This document shows positions 1 to 13,200 of a stretch of DNA of 64,000 nucleotides, piece after piece. Origin of the DNA: Klebsormidium nitens (taxonomy: Eukaryota; Plantae; Klebsormidiophyceae); contig DF237321.1 in assembly GCA_000708835.1 (NCBI GenBank), forward strand, positions 26,334-90,333, given 5' to 3'. Under the pieces are notes generated by a model. The model did no database searches, was not told where the DNA came from, and saw nothing but the letters and a program-made list of their open reading frames with translations. The position numbers and the translations under genes were made by a program. The stretch's first letter is position 1, and each line of letters starts with the position of its first letter.

Positions 1-466
1 GGACTCAGGCCTTCAAGCGACAGATGGCATTTGCAGAACAGATGCATCTGGTTGCAACTAACCAACTCGCAGTCATGAAGAATGGGGTCATGTCCAAAAA
101 GTAGAGAACCCATGTTTGGGGATTGATGGCATTGACAAGACGATAGAATGTGCTAGATCAGAAAGAAAAGCCCTGGAACGCCTACATAGATCTCAACGGT
201 TTGGTGGTGCGCCTGATTGAAGCCGTCTTACGAATCTTCCTTTACTCGAAGATGCGCAGACTCTCTATGTTTGCATGGAGGGAAATTGCGTCCAGCTATA
301 ACGCAAGTTGCTTTTAGCAGCTTTATGCAGGCTTCACACCACCCTGCACTTTCTGCCATATGTCAACCTCGTCTCATTCCTTTCATGCTTTTGTTCTTTC
401 TTTCTGAGATTTGCAAAGTTGCCACAGTGCAATGAATCAAGGAGGCCGCGGGAAAGAAAAGCTTGC

Positions 467-834
467 CTGAGCTGCCTTCAATGGGTCATATTCGAGCTGC
501 GCAAGCATGCTCTGCAGAACCTCTTTTATTACGCTCCGGACCTTGGAAGACTGGAAGACTTGGTCCTGCAGAGAGGCGGACAAAGCTCACGGAACTGGCT
601 GTCTCCATCAAGAGAGGGTTTGAATTGGCAGGTAGCCATCACAAGTGGTCAAGAGTGCATTCATTTCTTGGATTGCATGTCTGTTTATAACCTGAACCAT
701 CATCTCGCACAATAGCACGTTTCTTATTGGAGTCCATCGCAGATTTTGCTACGTCTTACCTTTCCATATCCTTCCGGGCTTGTGATGTATGTATTCTCAT
801 ATACCAACTCCTTTGGCGGTCCTAGGTCACCCAT
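467..834 (-). CDS. Tctex-1 family dynein light chain (TCTEX1D2-like), 5' part; remaining exons lie off the left edge or were not resolved
   Basis: Exon 834-760 reads MGDLGPPKELVYENTYITSPEGYGK (donor GTAAGA). Exon 565-467 reads DQVFQSSKVRSVIKEVLQSMLAQLEYDPLKAAQ (GC donor GCAAGC). The 'ENTY...P...F...V...I..VL...L....Y' pattern matches Tctex-1 (PF03645). A 5' UTR exon boundary is visible at 1268/945. Confidence 0.75.
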
Positions 835-1359
835 CGCCCTCTTCCTCTTACATCAGCTATGGTTCTGCGTCTTCCTGTTACTTTGCTGTTGCAAGGCTTT
901 AAACTCGCAAACGGGCTTTCCAACGAGCTCAACCACTGGGGATAGCTGCAAGACTTAATTACCCAGCAAAAGTGTCCTCCAACAGGATCAACTGCAGCTC
1001 AAGCTAGATGCCTACAACTGTTGCAACTCTGTAGTTTTGGCTGTAAATCAAGCAGGTTGAGTAAAGCAGCACCAAAAAGGGCCGATGTGATCCCTTTCTA
1101 CTTCAAGCAATGGAGATACGCCCGGAGGTGATTTGCTCCTCCCAGCTAGAGGCCTTCCAGCAGGCCACTGTTGACACCAGGAGCAGATAAAGAGATGCTC
1201 AAGACCTGTTCTACCAGCTACGCGCTATCCTAGCTCCCCTTCCGATATAATGGTATTCATACCTTACCTGTTGCTTTCTTCTGAATTTGCAGGGCCAGGG
1301 CAGGGCAACCAGACAGTTTTCTCCATCATGTCCCCTCTGTCGAAGTCGCGCTAAGACTA

Positions 1360-1600
1360 CCTAGTAAGTGTTTTGGGTGCGCGCGCTCCTCAAGAAGTCG
1401 CCCATTCCGGCCGTCGGATGGACAGGTGCCAGTATTGGACGGCTGACAAAGCTTGGCCAAGAAAAGCCGGCCCCTGACGTCACTTCGCAATGGTCATGCC
1501 ACGCTGGCATCATACGCGAGCCTGCGCGCACCAAAAGCTGCCAGCTGGCCATGGTGTCCTGCCTTCGGAGCGTGGTACCTGTGTCTTGCAATCCATCAAA
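1360..1600. promoter_or_regulatory. Divergent promoter region between the Tctex-1 gene (-) and KASII (+)
   Basis: Short interval between head-to-head transcription units. Contains ATTGG (reverse CCAAT, ~1434) and the palindrome TGACGTCA (1475-1482). Function is inferred from position only. Confidence 0.35.
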
Positions 1601-1838
1601 TGCATTGCATTTGTCTTCAGACACTGACGTAGGAAGTGCAGGCGAGAGGGAGAATGCTTGGCGATTTCAGGTCATAAGGTGGCGTTTGAACTTGTACGCG
1701 GTTGCATTGGATGGTTGCGACAATGCAGCGTTAAGTTGGTACGTGGCGGCATTGCGGAAAAGCATGCTGAGACTGGAATGCATTGTAGGTCTTCTGCTTT
1801 GATCATAAGAGAGCTCTTCGCTTGTTGACTCCTTTCAG

Positions 1839-4800
1839 ATGGCTGCCACGAGCGTTAGGTTACTGACACGAAATCTAGAAGGTCTTGCGACTGATCGCGC
1901 AGGTTGGAGACAGGGCGATGCGAGCAACAGGAAATGCTGTAGACAAGCCTGTCAACAAGCCCTAACAACTCAAGTGGTTGGGAAAGCTGGGTCGCGCAAT
2001 CTGCTTTGTCGAGACAAAGGGGATCTTCATAGAAAGGGCTGGCTTCAGGGGGAGCATGTGTTTGGATCCGAAGTAGAGCAGCCCGAAAGGCAAAGGCGAC
2101 TAGCTCTTTCAAGCAGAAGCGCAAGTGAGGACTGGTTCGTCATATAGGCCTGATTGCATTCAGTGCACCCATTCTTCCTTGGCTCACTTTCCGAACCCAC
2201 TATCTGGGCTATTGTTGACTGGCTCCGGCTTCTTTCAGATTTCAAGAAGAGCATTTTTATTCAGTTCTGATACTGTCAGACAATCGCAAAAAGACCATAC
2301 GTTACAAATCTGCAAATCGTGCTCATGAATAGTTGGAGCACCTTTGATGGAAGCGTCGCCCTTGGGCATGATGAAGAACACATTCTTTGCAGACACAAGT
2401 TTAAGGTGCAGGTCACCGGGATTCTGACAGGCTTTTAAGTCCCCTACTGCCGCTAAGCTTGGAATGTAGCTTTATGAAGTACAACATGTATCAGTTGGCC
2501 GTTATCTGTTGAATCCAACCACTGATGTCCATGGCCGGCCATTCTTGAGCAGATCAAATCTAAGCGTACGATAAAAGATTGGCAAAACAGCATTCACCAT
2601 GTTTCGCATTAGCCCCGTCCTTTGTCTTGTCTAGGGTTGGCTAACCGATAAGTCATCTCAATCTGCATCAGTTTAGGTCACTCAGCTACAGCTCAGAAAG
2701 GAGGCTTGTGCTCAAACATCCTAGTACTGCAATCGATCTTACTGTGGCAAATCGTACATGGATCAATGCAGTGCGCCCACCACTTGCTTCTTCATAACAG
2801 CGACTGCGGTAGATCCTAGCCAACCTTCATGGCCGTTCCGATCTGGACTCCTTGCAAAAATCTGTTGTTCCACATGTGCGAAGTCTGCAGAAGCGCCCCC
2901 AAGATTGCCAAAAACCTCACGGACGACTTTTTCATGTACTATTCTGCAGGAAAGGTGGGTTGCCGAGCTTCAGCCGGCGTCGCACCTGGGGAGAAGAAAA
3001 GGATTGTGGTCACAGGCCTCGGGGTGGTATCCTGCTATGGCACTGATGTCAACCACTTCTATGATCAGCTGCTGGCGGGCAAGAGTGGGATCACGCACCT
3101 TGAGAACTTTGATGCTGCAGCATACCCCACGGTGCGTCTCCAGTTACTTGGGGGGTTTGATGGGTCAGCAAGTCATTTTTGGCTGGTGTGTCTCGGTGCA
3201 ACTGACAAGCAGAAACTGCAAGGAGATTGTCTCTATTTTGACATCATGGTGGTGCCACGATGCTGTCCTCAAGTGCCGCTGTACTTCTTCCTTCATCATG
3301 CAACCTTTTCAACGATGATCAAGTTGGCAACTTGGGTTGGGTATACATGTCGGAAATGCCAAAGGCTTTGCTCAATCAGTGGTGGTAGCTCCTGTCTGAA
3401 TTGATACAGTTTCTCAGGCTTTCTCAGGGTTTAAGAAAGGGGTTAGTGTGCGTGACCACAAGCTGTCCACAAACGACAGAAGAAAGAAAGAGAGAAGAAA
3501 GACAAAAAGAATATTGGTTTAAGCTGACCTATAATAACTTTGGAGGGATTCATCATGTGACCAGAGTATGAAGATACTGGCAGTGGAAACACATGCTGAG
3601 ACCGCGGACTTTAGCAATTCTCCTTTCGAGGAAAGCCAGCCTGGACGGAGATTTTCGTTGCTCAGACTGCAGCTGCTCTGTATCTCAAACATTGTCTCGT
3701 CTGCTGGTTCAGAAAATCGGTGGAGAAATCAAACGGGATGACTTTGAGACTGGCGACTACATCAATCCCAAGATGGCCCGGCGGATGGACAACTACATCC
3801 GGTATCTGATGGTGGCGGGGAAGAAGTCGCTGGAGGATGCGGGGCTTAGCACGGAGGTCATGGAGTCATTGGACAAGGCCCGGTGCGGGATCCTCATTGG
3901 ATCCGCCATGGGGGGGATGCAGGTGAGATGCAAAATCGAAACCCCCCCCCTGCTCCTGATGCTCTGCTCTTTGAATGCTTTCTGGACTCTGCCTCCTTCC
4001 CACAAACACTTTCTCGTTCCTTTTAGAGACCGCTCGTGGTGGCCTCTGACGGGGCTACAAAATGAGTATGTTAAGGGTTGCGGGGTGGTTGTGAGACTCC
4101 TGCAATTTGAAGCGCACCAGTTTGACAGTGGTTATGTCTCAAACAGAGAACTCCATACAAAGCCTGTGGTCCCAAGCTGTGTGCTCATGTGACACACCTT
4201 TGCTGCTGCTTGGTTTCATGAACTGTGGCTGCTGTGTGACTCCTCAATATCGAAGAGTCCTGCTGCCCCAGTGCTCAGAGGAACGTACATTCGTGGTACT
4301 CCAGAGTATTTTCGCGAATTGTGCAGAGCGTTTGCTTATCCCCCTGAGATGGTGAGCATTGATCGAAATATATCAGAGGTATTTTGGTGATCATCGCACC
4401 ATGTGCTGCAGATCTTCACGGATGCCATCGAGGCGCTCAACACCAACTTCAAGCGGATGAACCCGTTCTGCATCCCGTTCGTGTGTTCGAACATGGGAAG
4501 CGCCATGCTGGCAATGGACCTGGTAAGGTTTTGCAAGCACCGTTTCAATATGAGATACTGGAGACTTTCCTCGATCGAAAGGCAAACGGATTCGCAGCCT
4601 GTGTCAAGGCTAATCTAAGCATGTCAGGCAGCAATTGGGATGGGGACGTTCGAGGTTGTCTTGGCGTCAAAACTTCTGTACGCCGCACTCACGTGATCTG
4701 CTATAACGTCTTACAGTGGTCATCCTCCAAAGAGCATTGCTTTCGAAGATTGAGATGTCTTGGTGAAGGAATACGCCTGCGTTGATAGCCTACGCAGACA

Positions 4801-7800
4801 GAACATCGATTCATGCCTGGTTCGAGCTTTTTATTTTGGAGAATTTTTGTCATCCAGAAGCCAGTAAGTTGATCTTCGTCGAGATCGGTTTTGGGGGCCG
4901 TGAGAAAAAATTCTCACCAGTGCCAACTCACGCGTTCTGCATGATGCAGGGCTTCATGGGCCCAAATTACTCGATCGCGACGGCCTGCGCTACAGGAAAC
5001 TATTGCATCCTCAGTGCGGCAAACCACATCTGGAACGGAGAGGCGGTAAGTGGACCTTCTTTCCTCACAAAGGCAGGGCTGCTAAGAAGCTGGCTATTGC
5101 ATGGAAAGTTACAGATACAGGGGTTTGAAACGTACTTGAGGTGGATGCTCTCAACGGGTCCTCTCGGTCTTCTTGCAGCCTTGACCAAAAGGCTCTCTCT
5201 CTTTTAACCGAGAGAACCGAAGGCCTTCAAGGGTGGGTTCATTTTTGGGGGCGGCATGCTAATCGATGCGAGAAAGTCCGAGGCATCAGAATATTCAATT
5301 GGAATTTGTTCCAATAGTATTTTTGTCAGAAACGAACTCTGTTTCGAAGCTGTACAATCTGCGTGTTCTGTCACATTTGACACCAAAAAACACGATGAAA
5401 TCTGTGACTGGGCTGTGAATTGCTAGAAGTGCTTAAGGCACGAAGTACATATGACATTCCCGAAGCATCGAGCTGGCGAGAAAGGCTCAGTGGATTGCAC
5501 CGTTGTTTGCCGTTCTCAATCTCGCTCCTTAATCTTACTTCCAGGACCTGATGCTCTGCGGGGGATCAGATGCGGCCATCCTTCCTATCGGTAAGGCCAC
5601 GGCCAGCTCTTCTCTTATTCAAGGTCCTGTTATAGTCCAGCGTGATTTGCATTTATAGGAGACGTTGGCCTTCAATCTGGCCATGTGCCGAAGGGACGTG
5701 CAAGGGAGGTGTTTGGTCGTTGCTCGGGTATTCTCGTTCAGATCAGAGACCCAACCATTTCCAGGCGTTATTCTTCTTTTCGCTTTCCAATCTTGACAAT
5801 GGTAGGATCTTCTGATTCGTGTGTCTTATCCTGTAAGGCAGAGGTTTGCACATTGGTAGTCAACAAATGCAACGGAATTGCAGAAAAGCAAAATACTGCT
5901 GTTTTACAGGGTTGGGTGGCTTCGTGGCTTGTAAAGCTCTGTCAAAGAGGAATGACGCGCCGGAGAAGGCCTCTCGGCCGTGGGACACGGTAAGCAGGCT
6001 CAACTGACCTTTTTGACAAGTGGCTTGGCAAGGGCATCACGCTGTTCTTTACAAAATCTGCACGTCACCGATTTCGGTCATACATTAACCCATTGACGAA
6101 ATAGGATGTCTGACAAAGGTGCTGACAGAATTCAAGCACTCGCACTTTCTCGACTCACAGAGGCATCGTCTGCCACATGATGGGAACACTGAGCAAGGTC
6201 CGCAATCAGGCTCCTAAACGACGAATGTCGCAGCTTCCTGATAATGGTTCGACGTCTTCTTAAGTGTTCTGCTTCGAACGTTTTAGAGCGAGTCGTGAAG
6301 TGCTGAGAAAAGCGGAGAAAGTGACGAAGGCGTCAACAAGCCTGGATTCGCTTGTGCAGGATCGGGACGGTTTTGTAATGGGGGAGGGCGCAGGCGTGTT
6401 GATACTTGAGGAGTTGGAGCATGCAAAGGTAAGATCTTCCGCATAACCAGGAGAATGCAAGTATCGAACTTTTCCTCGTCTATCAGTTTGCAACGTTGTA
6501 CAGCGAAGCCTACACAAAGGATTGCAAACGCTTCCCGCCCAAAAATACGGTTGGAGGAAACACAAACTGTTCCTGCGAACCCAGATTGTCGCGTTTGGAA
6601 TGGTGTCGTGAAAAGGCTTCTCTCGTCGTGTGTGTAGCGAAGAGGGGCGAAAATCTACTGCGAGTTTTTGGGGGGCAGCTTTACATCTGACGCACACCAC
6701 ATGACAGACCCCCACCCCGAAGGTGAGGTGTTCCGACCTCTCTAGAAATGTCCTTTTGCCGGAAAGTTCTTGCTCTTCAGTCAGTTGCTTACTTATCGTT
6801 CACGTTTCTTTCTTCGTCCAAGTGCTTCGGGGTGCCCGAGTTCAAGACTCCGGACCGCCGTTTTACGACCAGTCGTGGCGACCGAGAAGCCCGTGCCCCT
6901 TCTTTGTGGTCGCCGATCGGCTCCGATAGTGAGTGCTTTCAGCAGAGTCATCGTCGAAGACGCGTCTTTCAAAAGCCACTGGTAACAATCAAACCTGACG
7001 CCCTCTTTGGCCACGTGTCTTACGTCGAATCACTTCTTGCATTGCTTCGTAACAGGCGCGGGTGTCGAGATGTGTTTGCAAAGGGCGTTGGAGAGCAGCG
7101 GGGTGGCGGCAGAGGACGTCAACTACGTCAATGCACATGCGACGTCGACCCTGGCGGGGGACCTCCAAGAGTACAAGGCCCTGCACAGGGCCTTTGGAAG
7201 CAACGCTGACGTGAGCATGACTCCTTTGCGTATCCCGTTTGGAAGATGCGGTGGGGGGGCGCTGCAGTGCCTGCGCTCTTAGGACACCTGTGTGTCCGAC
7301 GAAATGTTCAGCGTGCCCCCAGTTTTGGATCTGTTTTGGCTCTTTTCAGGGAGCGGGCAGCGAGGCACTTCGTGGTCAGACAGTCGCGGAAGCGAAGCGT
7401 AAGAGCAGGCCTCAGTGTTGGGCTGCCATTGGCATGCTTTCACGAAGATCGTTCATTTCGCTGAATTCGTTTTGCTGAAGTTTGGTCACCTGGATTTTAA
7501 AGGTCGACACGACTTCAAGCCTCCATTTTCAACTTTCCCTGCGTTTTCGGATGACTCGCTTCGCGCCTCGTCCTTAGTCATCGTTACCGCCACCTTGTGC
7601 TGTCTGACCTGTGAGCTGATCTTTCAACAGCGACGTAGCTGTTCTGGAGGCAGGCACTTTGCTGTCAAGCAAAGGATGGGAAGAGGAAATCACCGCACAA
7701 TTGCAACCGGAAAAAGGCATTCCGACCGCGTTTTTGAACTCCAGCATCAGCCAATCACTTTCCTAAGCATTGTCTGGAGCAATCCCTTTCCGTGACCTTG

Positions 7801-8726
7801 TTGCAGCTGAAGATGAACTCCACCAAGTCTCTCATCGGTCACTTGCTGGGGGCGGCGGGGGCGGTCGAGGCCGTTGCAACCGTTAAGTTAAGCAAGACTA
7901 ACCACGCCGTCTCTCTGCCTAATATCTGCCTAGCATGCCAGCCAGTTGCGGATTCTTTTATCTGCCAAGAGTGCGAAATGTCTTTGATTTTCAATCAACA
8001 TGGACACTTATGCCGCTCGGTTCACGTCTCATGGTTCGCTAGACATTTAGGAGCAAATATCTGGCCTCTTTTTTGTACTTTGCTCCGAGTCTCGTTGCTG
8101 ACGACAATACGCCTTCTCTCACTTAAGTGTTGCATCAACAGGATACGAAGAGAATGTGTTTGCTATTGACATGATTCTTGAGATAATTTTGTTCCCACTG
8201 TAGCCTGTCCGTCTGTCTGTGCAGGCGCTCGAGACAGGCTGGGTACATCCAAATCTGAATCTAGAAAACCCGGAACCCCTCGTGGTGAGTATTACACGCA
8301 CTACCTAGCCGTAGCAATCTCGATGTAAGAAAGTGCATAAGGTTGCATGTGCTTGGTATGCGGCTTGGTGCTGTTAGCAGTTACTGGACGTAGACATTGG
8401 ACGAAAATTTCATAGATGCGAAAATCCCCATCATTGTGACGGGATTGCTGGCTGTGTTTCCTTCAGTCCAATCATCCACTGCAGCTTTGGCTTGTGGGGG
8501 TTGGCATGGTTTTTGGAGCTAAGTGTCAGTACGCAGCCAAAGCATTATTCCAGCACATCCTCGAGGACCCCTTTTGGAGGCTGATTCGTCTTCCGACCGC
8601 GTGCAGGACAACAACGTTTTGGTCGGTGGTCAAAAAGAAAAGCTTGACATCAAGGTTGCTCTGTCCAATTCATTTGGCTTTGGAGGCCACAACTCCAGCA
8701 TACTCTTTGGTCCCTACAAGGCTTGA
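1839..8726 (+). CDS. FAB1: Plastid 3-oxoacyl-[ACP] synthase II (KASII/FabF)
   Basis: Exons 1839-2124 (transit-peptide-like), 2950-3131, 3713-3922, 4412-4522, 4950-5045, 5545-5590, 5910-5989, 6360-6428, 6638-6722, 7056-7210, 7807-7887, 8225-8284, 8607-8726 join in frame. Motifs: [22 protein letters not shown] (catalytic Cys), NAHATST (His), [12 protein letters not shown] (His), [12 protein letters not shown]. The sequence tracks plant KASII. One donor (7888) is non-canonical. Confidence 0.95.
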
Positions 8727-10273
8727 TCAACAAGGAGGAGACACTGACAGTAGAGAACCTTGGGCATGGGCAGCAAGCTGCTTCGCTTGAACATGGTGCT
8801 CGTGCCCTCAGAAGATCCTTAGTTTTTTGGGTTGTAAGGAGCTCATTTTGCTCCATTCGTGTTGCCATTGGACACGAGTACTAAGGTACTTGCTATAACT
8901 CGAGCTCGTCTATCCTTAGAGGTTCTGCAATGCAACTACGTATTCGTGCGCGGTCAACTCCCGGCCTCATTTCCAGTGCATAAGATAGACAAGTTGACTT
9001 CCTCAGCGTGTTCGGTCGATCAGGCCCGGACGTGTTGAGCCTGCGAAAAGGACACAAATATCTGACAGTTTTGAGGCTTTGCCGTCTGCCAAGCTTTGCA
9101 AGCCTCCGTGATTTTCACAGATAACCCTGCTGAAGCATGGCTGGTAAGCAGGCACAAAGACGATTCAAGGTGGCCGCGCCTTGCCTTTTCATCTGGTGGA
9201 ACGGTATAGGCAATAGTAGGACACATCGTCCCATGCAAACGGAACCTGTAGCCTCTGGCTGTGATTCGACAACCGGAAATTGTGATAGAACTCCAGTAAC
9301 CAGCCTTTATTGTATCCCACGATAATCCCACATGCATGCTCGCGTGCTATTATATAAAAGGTGCAAAATGTTGCCAATTTGAGTTAAGTTGCATAGCCAG
9401 CTTGGCGTATGCACGCAATTCAGCTGTGGCCTGTGCATACTAACCAGCGCGACGGTATGCAGCGCTCGCGGCCCATGCATGGATTTGCTTGCACACGTTT
9501 CAGCTAACAACCCATAGTTGCCCCATGGTGCGCGCTGCATGTGGCATACATGAGCTGCGGGCAACAAGCCGCTGCAACCGTTAAGCATCTTGGCCTACCG
9601 GGTGTGCGTGCGGCCATAGGCCCACGTTTGCAAGGCAGTCACGGTCCACGGATACACGTTTTCTTTCAAACTGTCATGATTGCACATCATAACATCAGCA
9701 AAAAGCCATGAAGCAATGCATTATGATTAGCATCTCTCAAGGGTCCGCAAGCCGTGAGATCCTATGGTGATGCGAGTTGCATTGTGCTAAAGAGTAAGCG
9801 CAAAGCAGCTTTGCAGACCCTCAGCTGTTTAGACGTCGTGTCGCCTGATTGAGTCTGGCCGCTTTCTTAGCATGGGCCATCTGCAGAGTCCAAGCCATCC
9901 ACTGCATGCATCTGGTTGATCGCACGGCTTCGGTTACGGTAATTCGGGCTGCATCTCTGCAGATCCGTGCCCTCGTGCCCGCGGACTAGCATAACAGGTT
10001 GGCAACATCCTGAAAGTTAACCTTATACAGGGGACGTCCTGCGCTGCGGTGTCAAGATCAAGTCATAACAGATCGCCCTGGACCGCCCGTGTGCATCGAC
10101 GTTGAAAACTGCAAGAAGCGAAAAGAATCTTACTTCCAGAAGGACCCTGTTCCGTTGATTCGAGGAAATAATCCTACAACCTGGGTCCAAAACGTTTGCA
10201 TTTTTGGCCAGATGGCCTATACGCTGCTCCATCTGACGGTCTTCTGATTGCAAGAGATCCTTCGAGCGGGAGC

Positions 10274-13200
10274 ATGGATCTTCAACGGCAATTTGAAGAA
10301 CGCATCAGCGAAAGCTTTGACCTCTCAGCATCTTTTGAGGCAAGTTCCGAGACGGATCGGGCATCATAGAAAAATCAAATGGTTCCTGTCAATGCCAGAC
10401 GCTTCATTCGCTTCTAGGGAGAAACTGCTCATAGAACAAACACTTCAGCTATGCAATGCATTGAAGCTAGAAGTGGTTTACCTAGGCTCTCTTTGACCAG
10501 GAAAGTCCAACAATTTGCTCTGTCTCTGAATCTGCAGACAGAAGGATTCGTAATGCTCTGTGCTTGTGTGCAGGAGATTGAGAGCTCTGCAATCTTTGAT
10601 GGAGCCCAAGACGACGATGCAGACGTCAAGCAAGACCCTTTCTCAAAACTCAGACCTTTTCTCCGAGAAGAGGTATGGCAATCGTTGCTGACACTGGAAA
10701 GGCGTCAAGCGATGGCGACTTGCAGAACTCTCAGAACAATGCTTGTCTTAATCTTGATCTAAGCTACCCTTCATTTCGAATGTATTCACCGACATCAAGA
10801 CGAGTGTCTGCTCCTCAGCCTTTGAATATGATTGAAGGCTTCCTTGAAGAGGTTGGTTCCATTAAAAAGAATGAAGTCCCCAGATGCTGCTCACGCCTAG
10901 GACGAAGGAACAAGGTTCCCTGCAACGTTGTGAAACGCCTGTTACTTTGCAGACTCGCGACCAAGCTTTCAACTTCAGCTCGAGGGCCTTCATCCAGGTA
11001 GGGCGTGCGTCTGCCTCCCTGTGGCCACTGATAGTCAAAGTTGAAGATCAAGCTGCGGTCTCCGTTGAGGCTCCCGCAAGAGCTTTTTTTGATGCCGAGA
11101 GCTATCTATTCGCTTTAGCGTGGAAGAGTAGATCCAGAGAATAACAGCTATTCAGTCACCTGACCCAATCCATTGATTGACGGTGTCGTGGCTCTTCGAA
11201 TTGAGGCAGGTTCTGTCGTCATGCTATACAATTTGTCCAAATCGCAACGAAGCACATGCAGCAAATCAAACCTATATTGCTCTTCAGGTTGCCTATTATG
11301 CCGTCAAGCGAGCAGCAAGCGAAGGCCGGTGGCCAGAAAAAATGGAGGCGGGACTCATGAAGGCACTGATAAGACGGGGAAAGAAGGCACTGGGTGAAGG
11401 ATGCAATGTGAAACAGCCCGGGAGACGAATGGTTTGTCAGGAAGGTTCGTCATTCTTCATCCTCCTTTTGTATCCTTGAGCCAGCAGTCGAGCTGTTCAT
11501 CCCGTATCTGATTGGTAGTGAGTCTTGGAATCTTTCTTGGTGCAGAAAGTAATCAGATACTCTGTCTCTACAGAACTACGCGTCTGCATCTTCTTCATCT
11601 GCCATCTCGTGAAGATTACGGACGCCAGCCTAGCCTCCGGGAAGGAGGACAAGGACACCAGTGGTAGACGAGATTGGCTCGGTGAGTTCGTTGCGCCTTT
11701 CAAAAGATGGACAGCCCTTGATATATCCTGGACTATTGATGTAAGTTCTCACTGACTGCAAGTCGTCAATGCATTCTTGAGTCAAACTAAGTGGATCTGT
11801 ACAAAGAAGCCTTCATTCAGCCCACGATACTCTGTGGAGAACTCTACATTCAATCCAACGCAGATACGAAAGCTTCGGCGGTGAGTTTTCTTAGCAGCGT
11901 CAGCGCCTCACTGACGAAAGTGTTCAGCAAGGGTCGTGACATTGAAGAAGCTGCGGAGCTTGTGGAAAGAAGCGCGCTAGACATCGTCATTGGTCAGAAC
12001 TGGGTGAGGGATCCGACTAGGAGTGCATCAGGAGTGTCTGTTGATGCGTAGAGGAAACGGATGAGGGATAAAAGGCTTTTTTCATCATGCGCAAATCTGC
12101 CATATCAACATTATTCAATTCCCACTTTTTCCTAACTGCTTCGGAAGCTTGGGTGCTCTTATGAAGCTTACTCACACCAGCAATCCAACTTGTGTCTGTA
12201 GCAGGCGAGGACTGCGCAAGCCAAGTTGACCTTGCAAACGCTGCGGCAGTCAATTGTGCAAATCCTTGCTCAACCATTCCTTCACGCTGTGAAACGGCCC
12301 AAACACGCTTTGGATCTCTTCGACGCTTTAGCTTCTCTCTGGGTTGAAAAGCAACAGCTGATTGAAGCTATGGTAAGCCTCAAGCGTCCATCATTCTTCT
12401 AGGTTTTAGCCGCAATGCTTTATAAGAGTGATAATGCATCTCTTCAACCAATTTGAAAGTCCGACAGGAGCCCTTGGCATTTTCGAAACCACTTTTGGTG
12501 TTAAAAAATTCTGCTCGCTCATCATTCAGGCACTCCAGTTTCGAATTATTTCACACTCACTCATCATTCAGGCCGAGGTGCTACACGTCGTAGTGGACTC
12601 GGAACCAAAGTGTGGTGTCTCACTCCTGGTAAGTGGACAACGTTTCAGCTCGAGATTACAGCAGATGTAGTGTGCTACCATGTTTGCGACGACTGGTGGA
12701 AACCATTGAGGCTGCTACCTAGTACGCTGGGCCTGAGAATTGCAGAAGGCTTTCTACTTAAACCTTCTCTGTTATTTTCGTATGCAGTCCCGTGTCGTGG
12801 ACGTCGTAATTTGTAAAACGAACGCGGCAAAAACAGACAAAATGGCACTTCTTCAAGATCATATAGGTAAGATTATCTTGATGTCGCCCCGATAGATGGG
12901 GGACACGTCAAATCTATCATTGAATTGATTGAAATCTTCTTGCACAGCTCAAGGCACGGGCTCGTACTCCAAATGCGGGGCTAGTACTGCTTGGAGGACT
13001 TTTTGTGTACTGTTACTAGCCAGATACCGACACTGACTTTGACGAGCTGCCCTAAACCCTTTTCCGTCCAATTCTACGTCTGCAGAAGCAGGCATGGCAG
13101 TGCTCACCAAGTACGCTGACCGAGAGTCGGGCGCCCAAATCCTGGCTGCGTTTCTAGGTAAGCGTTTTGATGGCTAGTATGATTAAGCTTAGCGGACGTT

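Noticed and set aside
6300-6350. Possible decayed echo (KASxxxD) of KASII exon 5910-5989
   Set aside because: Similarity is too weak to distinguish from chance.
9300-9750. TGCA/CATG-rich intergenic tracts (also ~17800-18200, 28480-28900, 63100-63500), two sharing GTGGCATACATG
   Set aside because: May be old methylation-decayed repeats, but no termini, TSD or ORF could be defined.
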